Shown here: piece after piece, positions 36,440-49,856 of the stretch
Layout of the letters: every line of letters begins with the position of its first letter
How positions within the stretch are numbered: the first letter of the stretch is position 1
Source of the DNA: Eledone cirrhosa
Lineage: Eukaryota
DNA: 64,000 bases
Assembly: GCA_964016885.1 (NCBI GenBank)
Contig: OZ024743.1
Coordinates: forward strand, 165,168,001-165,232,000
Direction: 5' to 3'
Position numbers and translations under genes: made by a program
The notes under the pieces: generated by a model
Told to the model about the DNA's origin: nothing
The model's input: only the letters and a program-made list of their open reading frames with translations
Databases searched by the model: none

Positions 36440-39400
36440 TGGCCTGCCCCCAGATTTTTAGAAAAAGAAATAAAAGTCAGTTCATCGGACCATGTATCTA
36501 GAAAAACGATGAGCAACTAGCAAAAACCCCAAACCAAGGAGCAATCAGCCCAACCGAGGATGAAGGGCACAACAAATTTTAAAAAAAACATATGAAACAA
36601 GCATGCAAGAACGAGAAATAAATAAAATGTAAATACAATTTTTAAAAGTTCAAATAGAAAATACAGGATTAAAGAGCCGCACAATAGCAGCTTAAAAATA
36701 TACCATGCTACAGTTTTTTTGGCCAATGAACCCTCCGACCGGAACGGGTCGTAGTCTTATATCTTGGTGATGGGGGGACGAAGAAGCAGATGTGTGTATG
36801 AAAGAAAAAGACGGTCGGCGTTTGTGGCTCAGGTGCGATAGCATCTGTGTCCAAATGTGCTCGTTTGAGTCTATCAATAGAAACCGTCTCTCTGGAACCC
36901 TTAATGTCTACAGTGAAATGTTTCTCTGAACGAGCTAATACACGGTAGGGTCCAGAGTATGGTTGTGTGAGAGGTGTTCTCACAAACACATGGGTTCACG
37001 AGGCAATATCCCTCGGCCTGCAGATTTTACAGTTTGCTTCCTCGTATCCATCGGCGGCAGGTCCTGAAAATAAGAACGCAGACGGGATACGTAGGAAAGT
37101 GGATCTTGTTCAGCAAGATCAACAGGGGCAAGCATTTGCCCAGGTAACGCTAGAGGAGCACCATATAACAATTTGGCAGGGGAGAACCCAAGGTCCTCCT
37201 TTATTGTTGACCGAATCCCCAACAACACAATAGGGAGGTACTCGCTCCAACACGTAGAGTCAGGAGAAGTCCGTAGAGCGGCTTTCAGTTGTCGGTGGAA
37301 GCGCTCTACCATTCCATTAGAGGCAGGATGATATGCAGTCGTTCGGATGCGTTTAGCGCCGATGATTTTCATTAATTCATGGAAGAGATTTGATTCAAAC
37401 TGCCTTCCACGGTCCGTGGTAATTGACGTTGGCACTCCATATCGAGCGATCCATCCAGGGCATGCGCTGTCATCTCAGCAGTGATATCCCTCAAGGGGAT
37501 GGCTTCAGGCCATCGCGAAAAACGATCGATAACAGTCAATAAGTAATTGTAACCACCGCTGATGGGCCAAAGTCCCACGATGTGCACATGAATGTGGCGA
37601 AACCGGGCGTCCGGGTTACTAAAAGTACCTAGAGGAGTCTTACATGCCTGTGAACTTTTGATTTCTGGCAAGCAACACAGGAACGGCACCAGACAGTAAT
37701 ATCACGTCTCATATTTGGCCAGAAGAATCTAGCCGTTATGAGTTTTACTGTGGCAGAAGATCCTGGATGTGAAATGCCGTGTAAAACAAGAAACACAGTT
37801 TGACGATGGTTCAACGGAACAAAAGGGCGTGGCGCATCCAAAGAGACGTCGCAGAGGATCCGTCTGTCTGCGGTTGATAAAGGTAGGTATTTCATCCTGC
37901 AATTCACAAATTCAGGCGATGTAACATCCAACGATTCGAGGGTAGGCTGATCAGCTGCCAAGCGATTCAAATCTATGTCATCGGACGACGAGACCGAAGT
38001 ATCGGCAAACGAGACAGGGCATCGGCCGCTGTATTCATAGAACCCGGAATAAGTCGAATATCATTAGTAAATTGAGAGATGAGGTCGAGATGTCTAGTTT
38101 CTTTGGTCGAGTATTTGTCGGCCTTTGCTTGCAAGGTGAATGTCAATGGCTTGAGGTCCGTGAAGATGGTGAACATTCTTCCTTCAAGCATGTGCGAAAA
38201 ATGCTTCACCGATAAGTATATAGCTAACAACTCCCGTCCAAAGGTACTGTAGCGGGTTTCGGCAGGTTTCAGCTTCCTGGAGAAAAATTCCAACGGTTGC
38301 TGTTGATCATTCTTACTTTGTTGTAAAACTGCGCCCACAGCAGTATCCGACGCATCAACACAAAGCGAAAGCTTAGTGTTGGACACTGGGTGAGCCAGCA
38401 AAGATGCATTGGCTAGAGCAATTTTCGCATTCTCAAAATCCTCGAGCTGAGTTTCATTCAAAGAAATGTCTTTATTTTTCTTTCGGCAATTTTTCAAAAT
38501 TTCCGTCAAAGAGAAGAGTAGCTTAGCACAATTAGGCACAAACCGCCTATAAAAATTAATCAGCCCCAAGAATTGGCGCAACTGACGGAGTGAGGTTGGT
38601 GGAGGCAAATCCTCTATAGCTTTAACTCTCTCAGGAATAGGTCGAATACCGTCAGCGTCTATGACGTGACCCAAAAAATTCAGAGATTCGAACCAAAAAC
38701 ACATTTTGATGGATTAATCCGAACATTGTAATCCTTCAAACGACAAAATAGAAGGTCCAGATGGCGCAAATGTTGCTCTGGAGAAGAGCTAGCAACAAGA
38801 AGATCATCAATATTTGTGTATACAAAGTCGAGGCCGCGAGTGACCTCATCCATAAATCGCTGGAAGGTGCTAGCAGCATTCCTTAACCCGAAAGGGATGG
38901 TGAGAAATTAAAAAGATCCAAATGGTGTAGTTATAGCCATTTTTGGGATGTCGTCTCTGTTGACAGGAATCTGGTTGTAGGCTCGTATCAAATAGAGTTT
39001 CGAAAAAAATGTTACAACCTTGCAACGAGGATGCAAAATCCTGCAGATGAGGGATAGGATACCGATCCGGTACGGTCATCGAGTTCAATTGTCTATAATC
39101 CCCTGTGGGTCTCCAATCGCCAGAAGATTTTGGCATAATATGCAATGGAGATGCCCACGGACTCGTGGTAGGACGAATAATTCCGAGCTGCAGCATATGA
39201 TCGAACTCGGACCGTGCTGCTTTCAGTTTGTCCGCTGGCAATCGACGGGAACGCGAAAAAACCGGAGCGCCAGTAGTAGTAATAAAATGCTCCGTGGAGT
39301 GGCCTGGATCAGTGACTCTAAAATTTTCATGAGTCAGTTGTGGGAACGATTTCAACAATCCATGATATGAGTTTCCGGAGTTAGCGATGAAGAATGTCGG

Positions 39401-40695
39401 GCTAACTGTAGAAAATTCCGCCGTCCTGCCACAAAGAGAAAAACCAGTAATATCATCGACTAGGCGTTGGTGACGGACGTCCACCGTCAAAGAAAAATGG
39501 TGCAGGAAGTCCGCGCCCAAAATCAGGTATGGCAGATCAGCAACAGTGAAAACCCATTTGAAATCCCGACGAAGATTTCGGAACTGAAGAGGAAGCGAGA
39601 TCTGTCCAAAAGTTCAGATTGGTGACTGGTTGACAGCTTGCAATTCAATCGACGACTCAGGAGGAGTAACTGTCATACAATTAACAGGCCAAATACTGCA
39701 CGAAGCTCCTGTGTCCACTAGGAAGGCTCTTCCAGACAGGAGGTCCTCTATGAAGAAATAGTGGTTCTGTTGTGTCTCGCAGAGTTCACTTTCCGCCTTT
39801 AGTGACTCTGATCTACATTTCCCGAAGCTGAATATTTACATGGAGGCCGGCAATGTTTTGCCTTCTCCGCGAAGATAGCATGATACCAGCAAAATAATGG
39901 ATTGCTGGCGGGCGAAGTACTATGCTGACATGGAGTCGCGAAAGAACGCGAACGACTCCTAGGCCACCGGGAATACGGCCTATTCTCCCTGCATAACCGA
40001 GCGACTTGCTGCGTCAAAGCGTCAATAGCTTTTAACATGGCATCTTCACGCGTCAAGACGGGTTGGTTCAAATGTGAAGAAGCAGGTAAATTAGGACCAC
40101 TCATTGTCAATCCATATCAAATTGGACGTATAAAAGTGATATTCACGTAAAAAGAATGCAGAAATTTCTTTAGATGTTCAGAACAACGGGAAAACAGCAC
40201 ACATTTCCCTCAACATCCATAAAGGCAGAAGAACGGAAAAAAAAAATGTTCTCAAGTGTCCATAACAGGGAAAATAATCCGGCGAATTTGTAAAAAACAA
40301 TCCGAAGTCGACAAGTCAAATCACTTCATGGCAGAAACTCTCAAAAAAAATATATATCGACAACATCTCACGCTGGTCAGTTAAGGTCGGGAAAAGACGG
40401 CATCACGTGATGCGTCTCAACCAATCAGATGGCTGCATTTCGGAGAAGAAAGACAATTGGCGGGATAATTATCAGCCATTACAAAAATTAAGAATTCTTC
40501 TTTTTCTTTTGGTTTGTCTGTTTAAAAAAATGCTCAAAAATGTTGATAATAATTTTTTTCTTTGTTTTTTGTTATATATTCACTGCCCAGAGAATAGCAT
40601 AATAGAAGATATAAGTGTTTCGCTTATAAATGTTCAACCATATGTATTATCAGAAGGTTGCCATTTTATAGAGTTCGATGCTCGGGGTCAACCAC

Positions 40696-41115
40696 TTTAG
40701 GAGAGATGGTCACCATTTTAGAAGGCTGCGTTGTTTTACGATTTAGAGGGGAGTTCGTTTCCCTAGCTTGGCTGCTAGAACATCTCTTCTATTTGTTGTT
40801 AGGTGTAGGTTAACAATTAAGCAAAAAGAACATACCTCGAGATTATATATACATGAGCATTTTAATCAGAGCAATAAACAAAACAGGTTATCATATCAGT
40901 TGCTCCTTGATTGGTAATTCATAATTATCATTAAGTGGCGGTGTTCAAATATCCCGTGACCGCATGGTGCAATATCGCTGTTTCGCCACAGTGAAATACG
41001 TCTGGTCGCCTCAAGAGACAAAGTCGAAGAGTGTGTATTTAGCTACTGACGTCAGAACTAAGGGCAGTTAATCGACTGCCTCCAAAGTCAAAGCTAGGTG
41101 GCGTGATCTTCTACA
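40696..41115 (-). repeat. 5' LTR (420 bp)
   Basis: TGTAGAAG...CTCCTAAA; 4 substitutions relative to the 3' LTR. Confidence 0.95.
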
Positions 41116-41545
41116 CTTGCATGGGTTAGATGGGTCCTTCTCAGCACAGCATCTCTCCACTCACTACATTTCTTTGTCATCTCCTCTATGAGTCTCAGCA
41201 ATTTGAGGTCAGCTCTCACCACCTCTGCCCAGGTCTTTCTCAGTCTAACCCTACTGAGGCTTACTTCCACAGGCATTTCCTGGCACTTTTTCATCCATGT
41301 ACATCACATGCCTATACCAATGCAGTTTCTCACCTGCACATCACCTTAAATTACTCTTAAACCCAGCTTCTCCATCAGTTTATCCAAGCTTTATCTTTCT
41401 CTCACATTTACATTGCACATCTAACAAAGCATCGCTGCTACATTTCTCTCCATTCTACACATGCCTTCTGCAGTCACTGATCATATTGCACTACCATGCA
41501 GCATCATACATAGGGGTCATACAGCCTTTCTTTTGTATGTAAGGA
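41116..41545 (-). mobile_element. RTE 3' fragment that hosts the Gypsy insertion (its tail lies at ~35987-36019)
   Basis: ORF 41094..41294 (KKCQEMPV...KTWAEVVRADLK). The tail motif ttctccatg|cttgcatgggttagatggg is split by the LTR element. Confidence 0.85.
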
Positions 41546-43350
41546 GAAACAAGATAATCAAAAGCTAAAATGCTAAGTACACACTCATGCATAATCGAAA
41601 GTAGCATGATAACAATGAGGCTTCTAGACATTTGATTGGTTAACTCTTGGCGATAGTTCAGCTCAAACATACCTCAATGGAGCTACTAAATAATGGTTCC
41701 TAATATAGGCACAAGACCAGAAATTACTACATTACAAACTACATGCTATTTCTAACAGGTCAATTGATGGCATAGGAGCTCTCTCATTGGTACTTTATTT
41801 ATTGGTCCAAAAGGACAGAAGGAAGAGTTGGTCAGTCCTGGTAGTATCTGAACTCAGAATGCAAACAGGTGCAACCAAACACCACAAGGCACTGCACCTA
41901 GCACTCTACCAATTATGTTAATCCACTGCTCCACTAAACAAGAACACACTCTATAACCCTTAATGAGTTGGGGGATGATTACTAAAGGTTTTATTTATAT
42001 ATCCTGTGTCAAAACTAAGCCATTCAGGTAAAGTTCAACCTTCTTCAAATTATTCATTATAATCATAAATTAGAAGTTGTTATTTAGCCCTTAGTCAGTC
42101 CTGATTTAGCAAATCTAAGATCAAAGGAATTCCAGCCTATCTCGTCTTTTTCCAGATAGGTTTGGCAAGGTTTGGCAACTATTCCTACCAGGTCAAGTGA
42201 CCATATATAGGTTCCCAGATTGGCTTAATGTCAGGAATAAGTAAATGAAATATGCTGCCTCAGGCTGGAATCAAACCTTCATCATATACACTGCTTGTCA
42301 GAACCTGTCGTCACTCTATGGCACTCACATACAAAATAACATTCTTAATGAAAGACACTGCCTATGATTTTCAGATAATTTTGAAAATAAAATCAAGAAT
42401 TTGAAGGAATTTAGTAATATAACTAACTTTCTCATTTTTTTTAAGCTAGTGTTTGGAACATAACTTAACAAAGATTCTTTCATAAAATTATGATGGAGGT
42501 TTTTACATAAATAGAAACACTTTAAAATAAAGTTTTATATCATAGAATAAAGGTCAGTTTCAAGTGGTTTTGTATTAAACATAATAAAATAACAATAGAT
42601 GAGAATCATTATTTTCAATATGATGGGGCAAATCATACTGTACCATCTTCAAAACAAGATTAAAAAAAAATGAAAGACTGGGTGACACATATGACTAGAA
42701 TGCTTTCATCACAAGATTGCTGAAGCTGATGCTAATAATAACAGCAGCAACAATAGGATAAGTGGTTCTGAAACTTCCTTTACTCATGTCACACTCTAGA
42801 ACAAGTAAAAATATTTTGCCACATTTCGTACTTAAATTCAAAAATATATTCAAAAGAAGTATTTATATATACTAACATTACATAAAGTAGAAATATGGAT
42901 AATTAAAAATTATCTGTACTTCCTTCTTTAGTCAATAAAGGGAGCAGAGTCATCAATGAGAAACATATGCTGGGTGGGGTTTTTTGGCAATGTTTTCATT
43001 CTTAGATTAGTTGTTTCCCAATTTGACAGTTTGTATTTTCCACATTTTGAAATAGAATCTAGTGCTGGTATCACGTTGTAAGGTGATAGGTGTTAAGAAG
43101 GGCACCCAGCTGAAGAAGCCATGCCAAATATGGAACGTATGCGTAAGATGAGGTCACTTTGATCTATCTAGTCTCGGACTATGACAACATATCCAACTCA
43201 TGCCAGCATGGAAGGCAGATACAAAATGATATTTTGAAATAGAATCTTGTTTTTTCATGGCTCACCAGTGCACCAAGGTGCCCAGTTTGGGAGCCACCGA
43301 AATAAAATAATAGGAAGAATAAAAGCTAAGAAAAAAAAGAAAACACTTAC

Positions 43351-43414
43351 CTTCAGCTGCTCTTCTAATGTGTGGTTGACATAGTCATATTCAGTCAGTA
43401 ATGGAGTCAGTATT
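43351..43414 (-). CDS. SCLT1: SCLT1-like exon 4: ILTPLLTEYDYVNHTLEEQLK
   Basis: Acceptor ttcccattcag|, donor AAG|gtaagt. 64 nt. Matches the SCLT1 motif (F)LAPLVTEYDKHLGELNGQLK (recalled human sequence). Confidence 0.92.
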
Positions 43415-44236
43415 CTGAATGGGAAGAAAAAGGAGGTCTTTTTAGATGCAATAAAATGAAATTTACAGCTCACACCTATGTAGGTTTAGCTCACGTCCTA
43501 CAAGGTTGTATCTTAAAGGAGGTTTCTTAGATGTTTCAATGATAGGGGCCACAGTCCTACCATAAGAAATGAAGAGTCTTGTACGAGAACACAATGCAGT
43601 AATTGAACTCTCAATCATATGATTGTGAGACCAACACCACTAGGCCAAGCACCTAACATTTGTGATGTAACACCACTGTAAGACATCAATATGTATAAAA
43701 AAAACAAGGAATGGTGTGATTGACACTTGAGACATCAGTAAATACCAGGCTGGAACTACGATTAAGGTTTACTAGGGCTCAGACCTCAGAGAGGCAAATT
43801 ACTGAACTTTAAAGGATCACAGTTTTATAAAAATTTGTATTATTAAATTAAGTATATAATAATTTCCTGTGATCAATAAACAAATCACTAAACATCTTTG
43901 CTGCATAGCAGTGTTGTGGAAATATTCAAAGCAATGGAAAGAGCTATATAGTGTTATGACTTGTCACATGATTTGGCATGGGTAAGTGTGGACTGTGTAG
44001 TAGGAAATGTAGTCTTAGTAATATTTTTAGTGTTGTCAGATAAAAAAAATGTTAAGAACTAGGTTTGTCAGCTTGCCATACTGTAAATTAAGATTATTTT
44101 ATTTGCGAGAATGAGGCACACATTGTAGTGCTAAATATGCAAGCTCAGGCCCTGAGTGGATATTCACAGTATATCTTATTCAGAGATAAACAAAATAAAT
44201 GAGTAGACTGAAAGAATGATGGTGAAATATTTATAC

Positions 44237-44277
44237 CTTTCTTCTGTAAGCCAAGGAGAAAACTGGTTATCAGGTAA
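44237..44277 (-). CDS. SCLT1: SCLT1-like exon 3: LPDNQFSPWLTEE(R)
   Basis: Acceptor ttttttttcag|, donor AAG|gtataa. 41 nt, phase 0 to 2, bridging exons 2 and 4 exactly. Confidence 0.85.
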
Positions 44278-44384
44278 CTGAAAAAAAAGAAAGAACCAAT
44301 GAAAAAAATGCATTTTTTTGCTAGTGTATGGTATAATTATTTCAATACTAGTGCAAATGAAACAGCCTTTGATATCCCATATTA

Positions 44385-44855
44385 CCACTGCCCACAAGTT
44401 GTGCATATATCGACTTGTGAGCAGTGGTAATATGGGATCAAAGACTGTTTCATTTGGACTAGTATTGAAAGAATACCATACACAAACCATTCTGGAAATC
44501 AATGAAGAACCTTCAAGACAATAACTATGAGTGGAAGGAAGAGTGGCAAAGATCAGGGAATGAATCCAAATTTGCCAACCAAGACTTCGCCCAGGACCTC
44601 ACATCTAAACCAGTCAGCTTTGACCTTCCTAGAAAGCAATGGGTGCTCCTTAATTGGATCTGCACAACACATGCCAGGACAGCCCAGTATGTGACTGTGA
44701 GGACCCTGTCCAACAATGCTGCATGTTGTTTGGAATTGCCCTCAGACGTTTTCCAGGCAGCCTGGAAGCAATCTATAATACTACAAATGATACCATAGTG
44801 AGGCTCACCAATTTCAAGCTGTGTCTCTAACCATTATGCATATGTCATACGACAA
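44385..44855 (+). mobile_element. Ingi/Vingi-like LINE 3' remnant
   Basis: The peptide KPVSFDLPRKQWVLLNWICT resembles the PGFDLPR..W..LNR.RT motif of Ingi-group ORF C-termini. Confidence 0.55.
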
Positions 44856-45514
44856 GGTGAATTCATTATGTGATGCAGACATAGCTAAGCTCCTCCCTGG
44901 TTAATGTAAACAGTGAGGACGATAGTTAAAAACATTGATCAGCATGATCAAGTCTTCAGCTAATATCTGGTCTTCACATACATGGTGACCAATGTTGGAA
45001 TTGTGATTGGCTGAAAATATCTGTGTCAAACGTCTGTGATTGGCGTGTGTGTGTGCAGCCTCTTTGTTTTTGATGATGTTGATGCACTGGAGTCAACTCA
45101 ACCCATCCAGAGTAAATGCCAATACAAGTACAAATAATTAATACTAATCTAAATACAACAGCCCTTGATCCCCTATTACCAGACTGCCCCAAAACTACCA
45201 TTATTAAAGTGTTTATATTTAAATTAAAATCTTTGAAATCCTTAACATATTCATCATAGTTTATGTTAAGAACCTTTAATTATTTCTTTTGATAAAACCA
45301 ACTGTTTCTTTGAAAAAATACCCCACCATGTTGAAGGACACCCAGACAGGCTGGGCGGAACTCACTTATATATAAAATTCCATGTTCTGTGTGCATTTTA
45401 TTGAGGCACAGGCACTAGAGAGGCTGTCATGTCTTTGACACAACCGAAAGGTCCTCCTAACTCTTTGTTTGGCAAGTGTTTCATTAATTGATTGAAATAC
45501 AGTGAATTTCATTA

Positions 45515-47208
45515 TCATCATCATCTTCGTTTAACGTCCATCGTCCACGCAAGCATGGGTTAGACGGGAGTTGTCCCACTTGAGGCAAGGTAGGTCGGGT
45601 GACCGTGTCTCGCTCATATAGGACTATCTGGCAGGTTTTCTACGGCTGGATGCCCTTCCTAACACCAACCACATTTACAGTGTGGAACTGGGAACTTTTT
45701 ACCGTGTTACCTACACAGCCACATTACAGCATGGACTGTGTGTTTTTTTGTAATGACACCTACACGATCTCGATCTCATTTATTTGGACTGGATGTTGTG
45801 GTACCAACTTTACAGAGAGAGGGTGGTGTTGGTGGGAGTTGGAGGATAGGGTAGGGGTAGTGGATTGGGGTGTATATTTGGTTAAAAGGTGCCTACTGAC
45901 TGTAGGTTTCACTTTGTACATAGGTAAGGCGGCTCTTCTGTATTACTGTGTAGTGCCAAAGATCTCAGTCCAGTAACATTGTCTTAGAGAGATGTAAGTG
46001 TGTAAGGTCGGAATTTATCAGATCGTCCCAGGTTTTTCTGGGTCTACCTACTCCGAAACTACCATCGATTTTGATCGCCCTGCACTTTTTTTATACGGCT
46101 GTCGTCTTTCATGCGCATCACGTGGCCATACCAACGTAGTCTTCTCTCAAGTAAACAACATCTGATCCCTCTTATTCCTAATTTCTCACTTAGTTCATTT
46201 ATGCTTTGTCGTTCACGTATATTACTATTACACATCCAACGGAGCATGCATGCTTCGTTCCTTTCCAGTCTGCGCAGGTCCTCTGCACGTAATGTCCATG
46301 TCTCACTGCCATGTAGCATTGCTGTTCGTATACAGGCATCATACAATCTGCCTTTCATTTTTAGAGAGAAACCTTTTGTGGCCAACAGCGGTATAAGCTC
46401 TCTGAACTTTTTCCATCCCGTTCTGACTCTGGCTACTGTACTTTCAGAGCACCCTCCACCACTGCTGATTTCGTCACCCAGGTAACGGAAAGTGTCTACT
46501 ATTTCTATAGAACCATCTGGGCAATAGAAGGAGCTAGTATCCTGTGGACACTTGCTACCTATTGCACCTGAGCATCGGCCACATATAAAGTCTACATTCT
46601 TAGATAGCTTACCTGTGATCCCACTACATCTTTTATGTACCCATACTTTGCATTTGGGACATAAAATGGAATTTCTGCCTACTCCTTTCCTACACACTGA
46701 GCATGGCCATTTCCCTGACGGTACCTGTGCCTTATTTTCCTTTCTACAAACTAGGACTTTAGTCTTAGACAAGTTAACTTTAAGGCCTTTTGATTCTAGG
46801 CCATGCTTCCATGTTTGGAATTTCTTCTCTAGTTCAGCCATTGATTCAGCTATGAGCGTTAGATCATCTGCGTATAGGAGTTCCCATGGGCAGCCGGTCT
46901 TGAACTCCTCTGTTATAGCCTGAAGGGCAATAATAAATAGTAGGGGGCTAAGGACAGAGCCTTGGTGAACACCAACTTTTACACTAAATTCTTCACAATA
47001 CTCATTGTTAATTCTAACCTTACTGACTCTTTCATTATACATAGCTTGTATAGCTCTCACAAGCCATTCATCTACACCTAGTTTTCTAAGAGCCCACCAG
47101 ATAACGGAGCGGGGGACTCTGTCAAAGGCTTTCTCCAGGTCTACAAAAGCTAAGTAGAGGGGTTTGCTTTTAGCTAGGTACTTCTCTTGTAGTTGTCGTA
47201 CAAGGAAA
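45515..47208 (-). mobile_element. RTE family B variant with PHD; longest intact frame in the window
   Basis: 389-aa ORF 46059..47228: FVDLEKAFDRVP, HQGSVLSP, YADD, C4HC3, FRYLG. Confidence 0.95.
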
Positions 47209-47384
47209 ATATCAATAAATGAAAACAAATAGTCATTTTATTAAAGCTTTCTAGAATCTTGATTGTGTTGAAAATCAACTGGAACATATAGATTATCAGT
47301 TGAGATTAGAAATATGTTCATTAAAAGAACTAAATTAGTAAAATTACTTTTAAAAATGTGTATTTGGAGTTTTTCAAAATATGG

Positions 47385-48539
47385 TCAACCTGACAAAGAC
47401 AAAGTCCTAGTAAGTAGAAGAGAGAACAGATCCCCCCAGAGAAATGGCCTTGCTCAGTATGTAGGAAAGGTGTATGTAGAAATTCCATCCTCTGCCCCAA
47501 ATGCAAACTATGGGTACACAAGTGATGTAGTTGGATCTCAGGAAGTTTAGCTAAGAATCTAGGCTTTACATGTAGCAGCTGCACTGGGACAGTAAGCAGC
47601 AAACGACCACAGGAAACAAGCACTATCAAATTCTGGGAGGGCTGGCATAAACAGTAGATAGCTTCTGCTACCTAGGTGACCAAATTAGCAGTGGATGTGG
47701 CTGTTCTGAAAGTACAGTAGCCAGGGTAAAAACGGGATGGAAGAAGTTCAGGGAGCTACTACCACTGCTAAATACAAAAGGCTTTTCCTTCAAACTGAAA
47801 GATAGGCTGTATGATGCATGCATACGAACAACAATGTTGCATGGTAATGAGACCCGGGCGTTGTGTGTGTAGATTGGAAAGAAACAAAGCCTGCATGCTC
47901 CAATGGATGTGTAATAGTAATATACATGAACCGCAAAGCATAGATGAACTGAGAGAGTGACTAGGCATAAGAGGAATCAAATGCTGTGTGCAGGAGAGGA
48001 GATTATATTGGTATGGATATGTGATGTGTATGAAAGATGACAGCTGCATAAAAAAGTGCAGGGGGCTCAAAGTCAATGGAAGCCTTAGAGTGGGGAGACC
48101 CAAGAAGACCTGGGATGTGGTGATAAAAGCTGATCTTGCCCAATTGCACCTCTGAAAGGTGATGGCACAGGAAGGAAACCTCTGACGTTACACAGTAATA
48201 CAGAAGACCCGATTACCCACGGGGGGCAGGCTGAAGCTGAAGCATATATACAGTATGACCCCCACCCTCTCCCAATGTAAAGTGATCATGTAGGTGTCAT
48301 GACAAAAAGCACCCAGACTACACTGTAAAGTGGTCAAGTAATCGTCACGACAAAAAGCATGGAGTACTCACTGTAAATGAGGTTGGTGTTAGGAAAGGCA
48401 TCCAGCTTTAGAAATCAAGCCAGAATCAGTTCTGTATGAGCAAGACATGGTCACCTGATCTGGCATTGCCCACAACAGGACAACTCGTCTAACTCATGCT
48501 AGCGTGGAAGAATGGGCGTAAAACGGTGATGATGATGAT
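47385..48539 (+). mobile_element. RTE family B 3' fragment, inverted relative to its neighbour
   Basis: Covers the PHD region through the 3' UTR and (GAT)n tail. Confidence 0.9.
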
Positions 48540-48575
48540 CAGAATTTAAAAAAAAATAATAAAAACTTTACTAAC

Positions 48576-48631
48576 CTGATAGTAGCCAAATTTTTTTTGA
48601 TACCAGAGCAGCTGGGTGTTCAATCTTTGAA
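48576..48631 (-). CDS. SCLT1: SCLT1-like exon 2: (V)QRLNTQLLWYQKKFGYYQ
   Basis: Acceptor ttcttccag|, donor CAG|gttagt. 56 nt, phase 1 to 0. Confidence 0.85.
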
Positions 48632-49209
48632 CTGGAAGAAATTAGATACTATATATTAACTAGACCACCAGTGACCCGTTGGGTCATATTCACTTAAAAA
48701 TATCTTTTTAAAATCATGTTCACTTAAAAATAATGTTTCAATAATTAAAATATACACAGACATGTATATAATATAAAATGAAATTGGAAGGCCCATATAT
48801 CTCTCTATATATATAAAATTCTTTGTCTCTCTGCCTGCCTTTTCCTTATGCATTTCCAAACGGCTTGACCAAATCAAATCAAATTTTACAAGGTATTAGA
48901 CCCCGGGAGTAACAACATATAATTTTTATTTGGATTAAAACAATATAACACTCTATCTAAAATAAGCTACTATAAACTATAATTAAACGGATATTTTATA
49001 ACACGACGATAACGTCACATTTTGTATGAGAGTGTATATGTGACTCTGAGTGTGTGTGTGTTTGCGTGTTTGTTATGTTACGCTTTAGTAAGTTAATACA
49101 CTCATCTTCATGAAAATATTTAATCAGATACAGAGAATTAAACACACAATTTGGATGCTGGTTTACATACACATACACACACATTTATATACAACTATCT
49201 ATATCTATA

Positions 49210-49775
49210 TCTACATATAATATAAAAGATTTGAACTTCCATCATCCTTTTGAGAAACGTGGACCTGCTACTTCTATGCAATGGTACACACTTTACAGCT
49301 AGGGGATGATGAACCATCTCCTAGAGGTCACTATTCTTGGAGGCAATCATCAAAGAGAAAATGCATTTATTCCCAAGATTCCTCTTATCGCTTCCTCTAC
49401 CGAGCTGCCATTCAAATTCTCCAGACTTCAGTGCCCTGTTAGAGCCAGTTTTGCTATGACTGTATTTAAAGCTCAGGCTCAGAGTTTCAAAGTTGTAGAA
49501 TTGAATACAAGAGAATCGCTTTTTACCAATGGGCAATTATATGTAGGTTGTTCACGAGTGGAAACACCTGGAAATGTTCATATACAATGCACAAACAGTA
49601 AAACGAAGAATCTGGTGTATCTGGAAGATTTTTTTTACTGTTTATTTTTTTGGAACACACACCACGGTCTCGCGTCATACTGTAAACCAGACAAACATCC
49701 AATACAGTCATTTTCTCTTCTACCGGTCTTCTCTTATCATCTGTTTTCCCGAGCAAAGCTGGGTACGTCAGGTAT
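49210..49775 (+). mobile_element. Internally deleted Helitron retaining the PIF1-helicase C-terminus
   Basis: FIPKIPL...LPFKFSRLQCPVRASFAMTVFKAQAQS...GQLYVGCSRV. 5' end TCTACATATAATATAAAAG; 3' hairpin cccgagcaaagctggg. Confidence 0.85.
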
Positions 49776-49856
49776 TATATATATATATAAATATGTGGGT
49801 GTCTCTGACCTATACACACTGGTCACACACACACACACACACACACACATACATAC

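Larger units (their letters stand above)
36020..41115 (-). mobile_element. Ty3/Gypsy LTR retrotransposon, CsRn1-like; both LTRs present, gag-pol defective
   Basis: 420-bp LTRs. Gag CHCC motif CWYHAIFAEKAKHCRPPC, protease FLVDTGA, RT (WASPLH, DYRQLN, NIDD), RNase H (VDASD, RELLAIY) and integrase (HGISH..CVAC, TTDRG, NGMVER, GPY) in PR-RT-RH-IN order. PBS TGGTTGACCCCGA (tRNA-Trp-like) at 40694-40682, PPT near 36440-36452, 4-bp TSD TTTG/CTTG. Confidence 0.95.
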
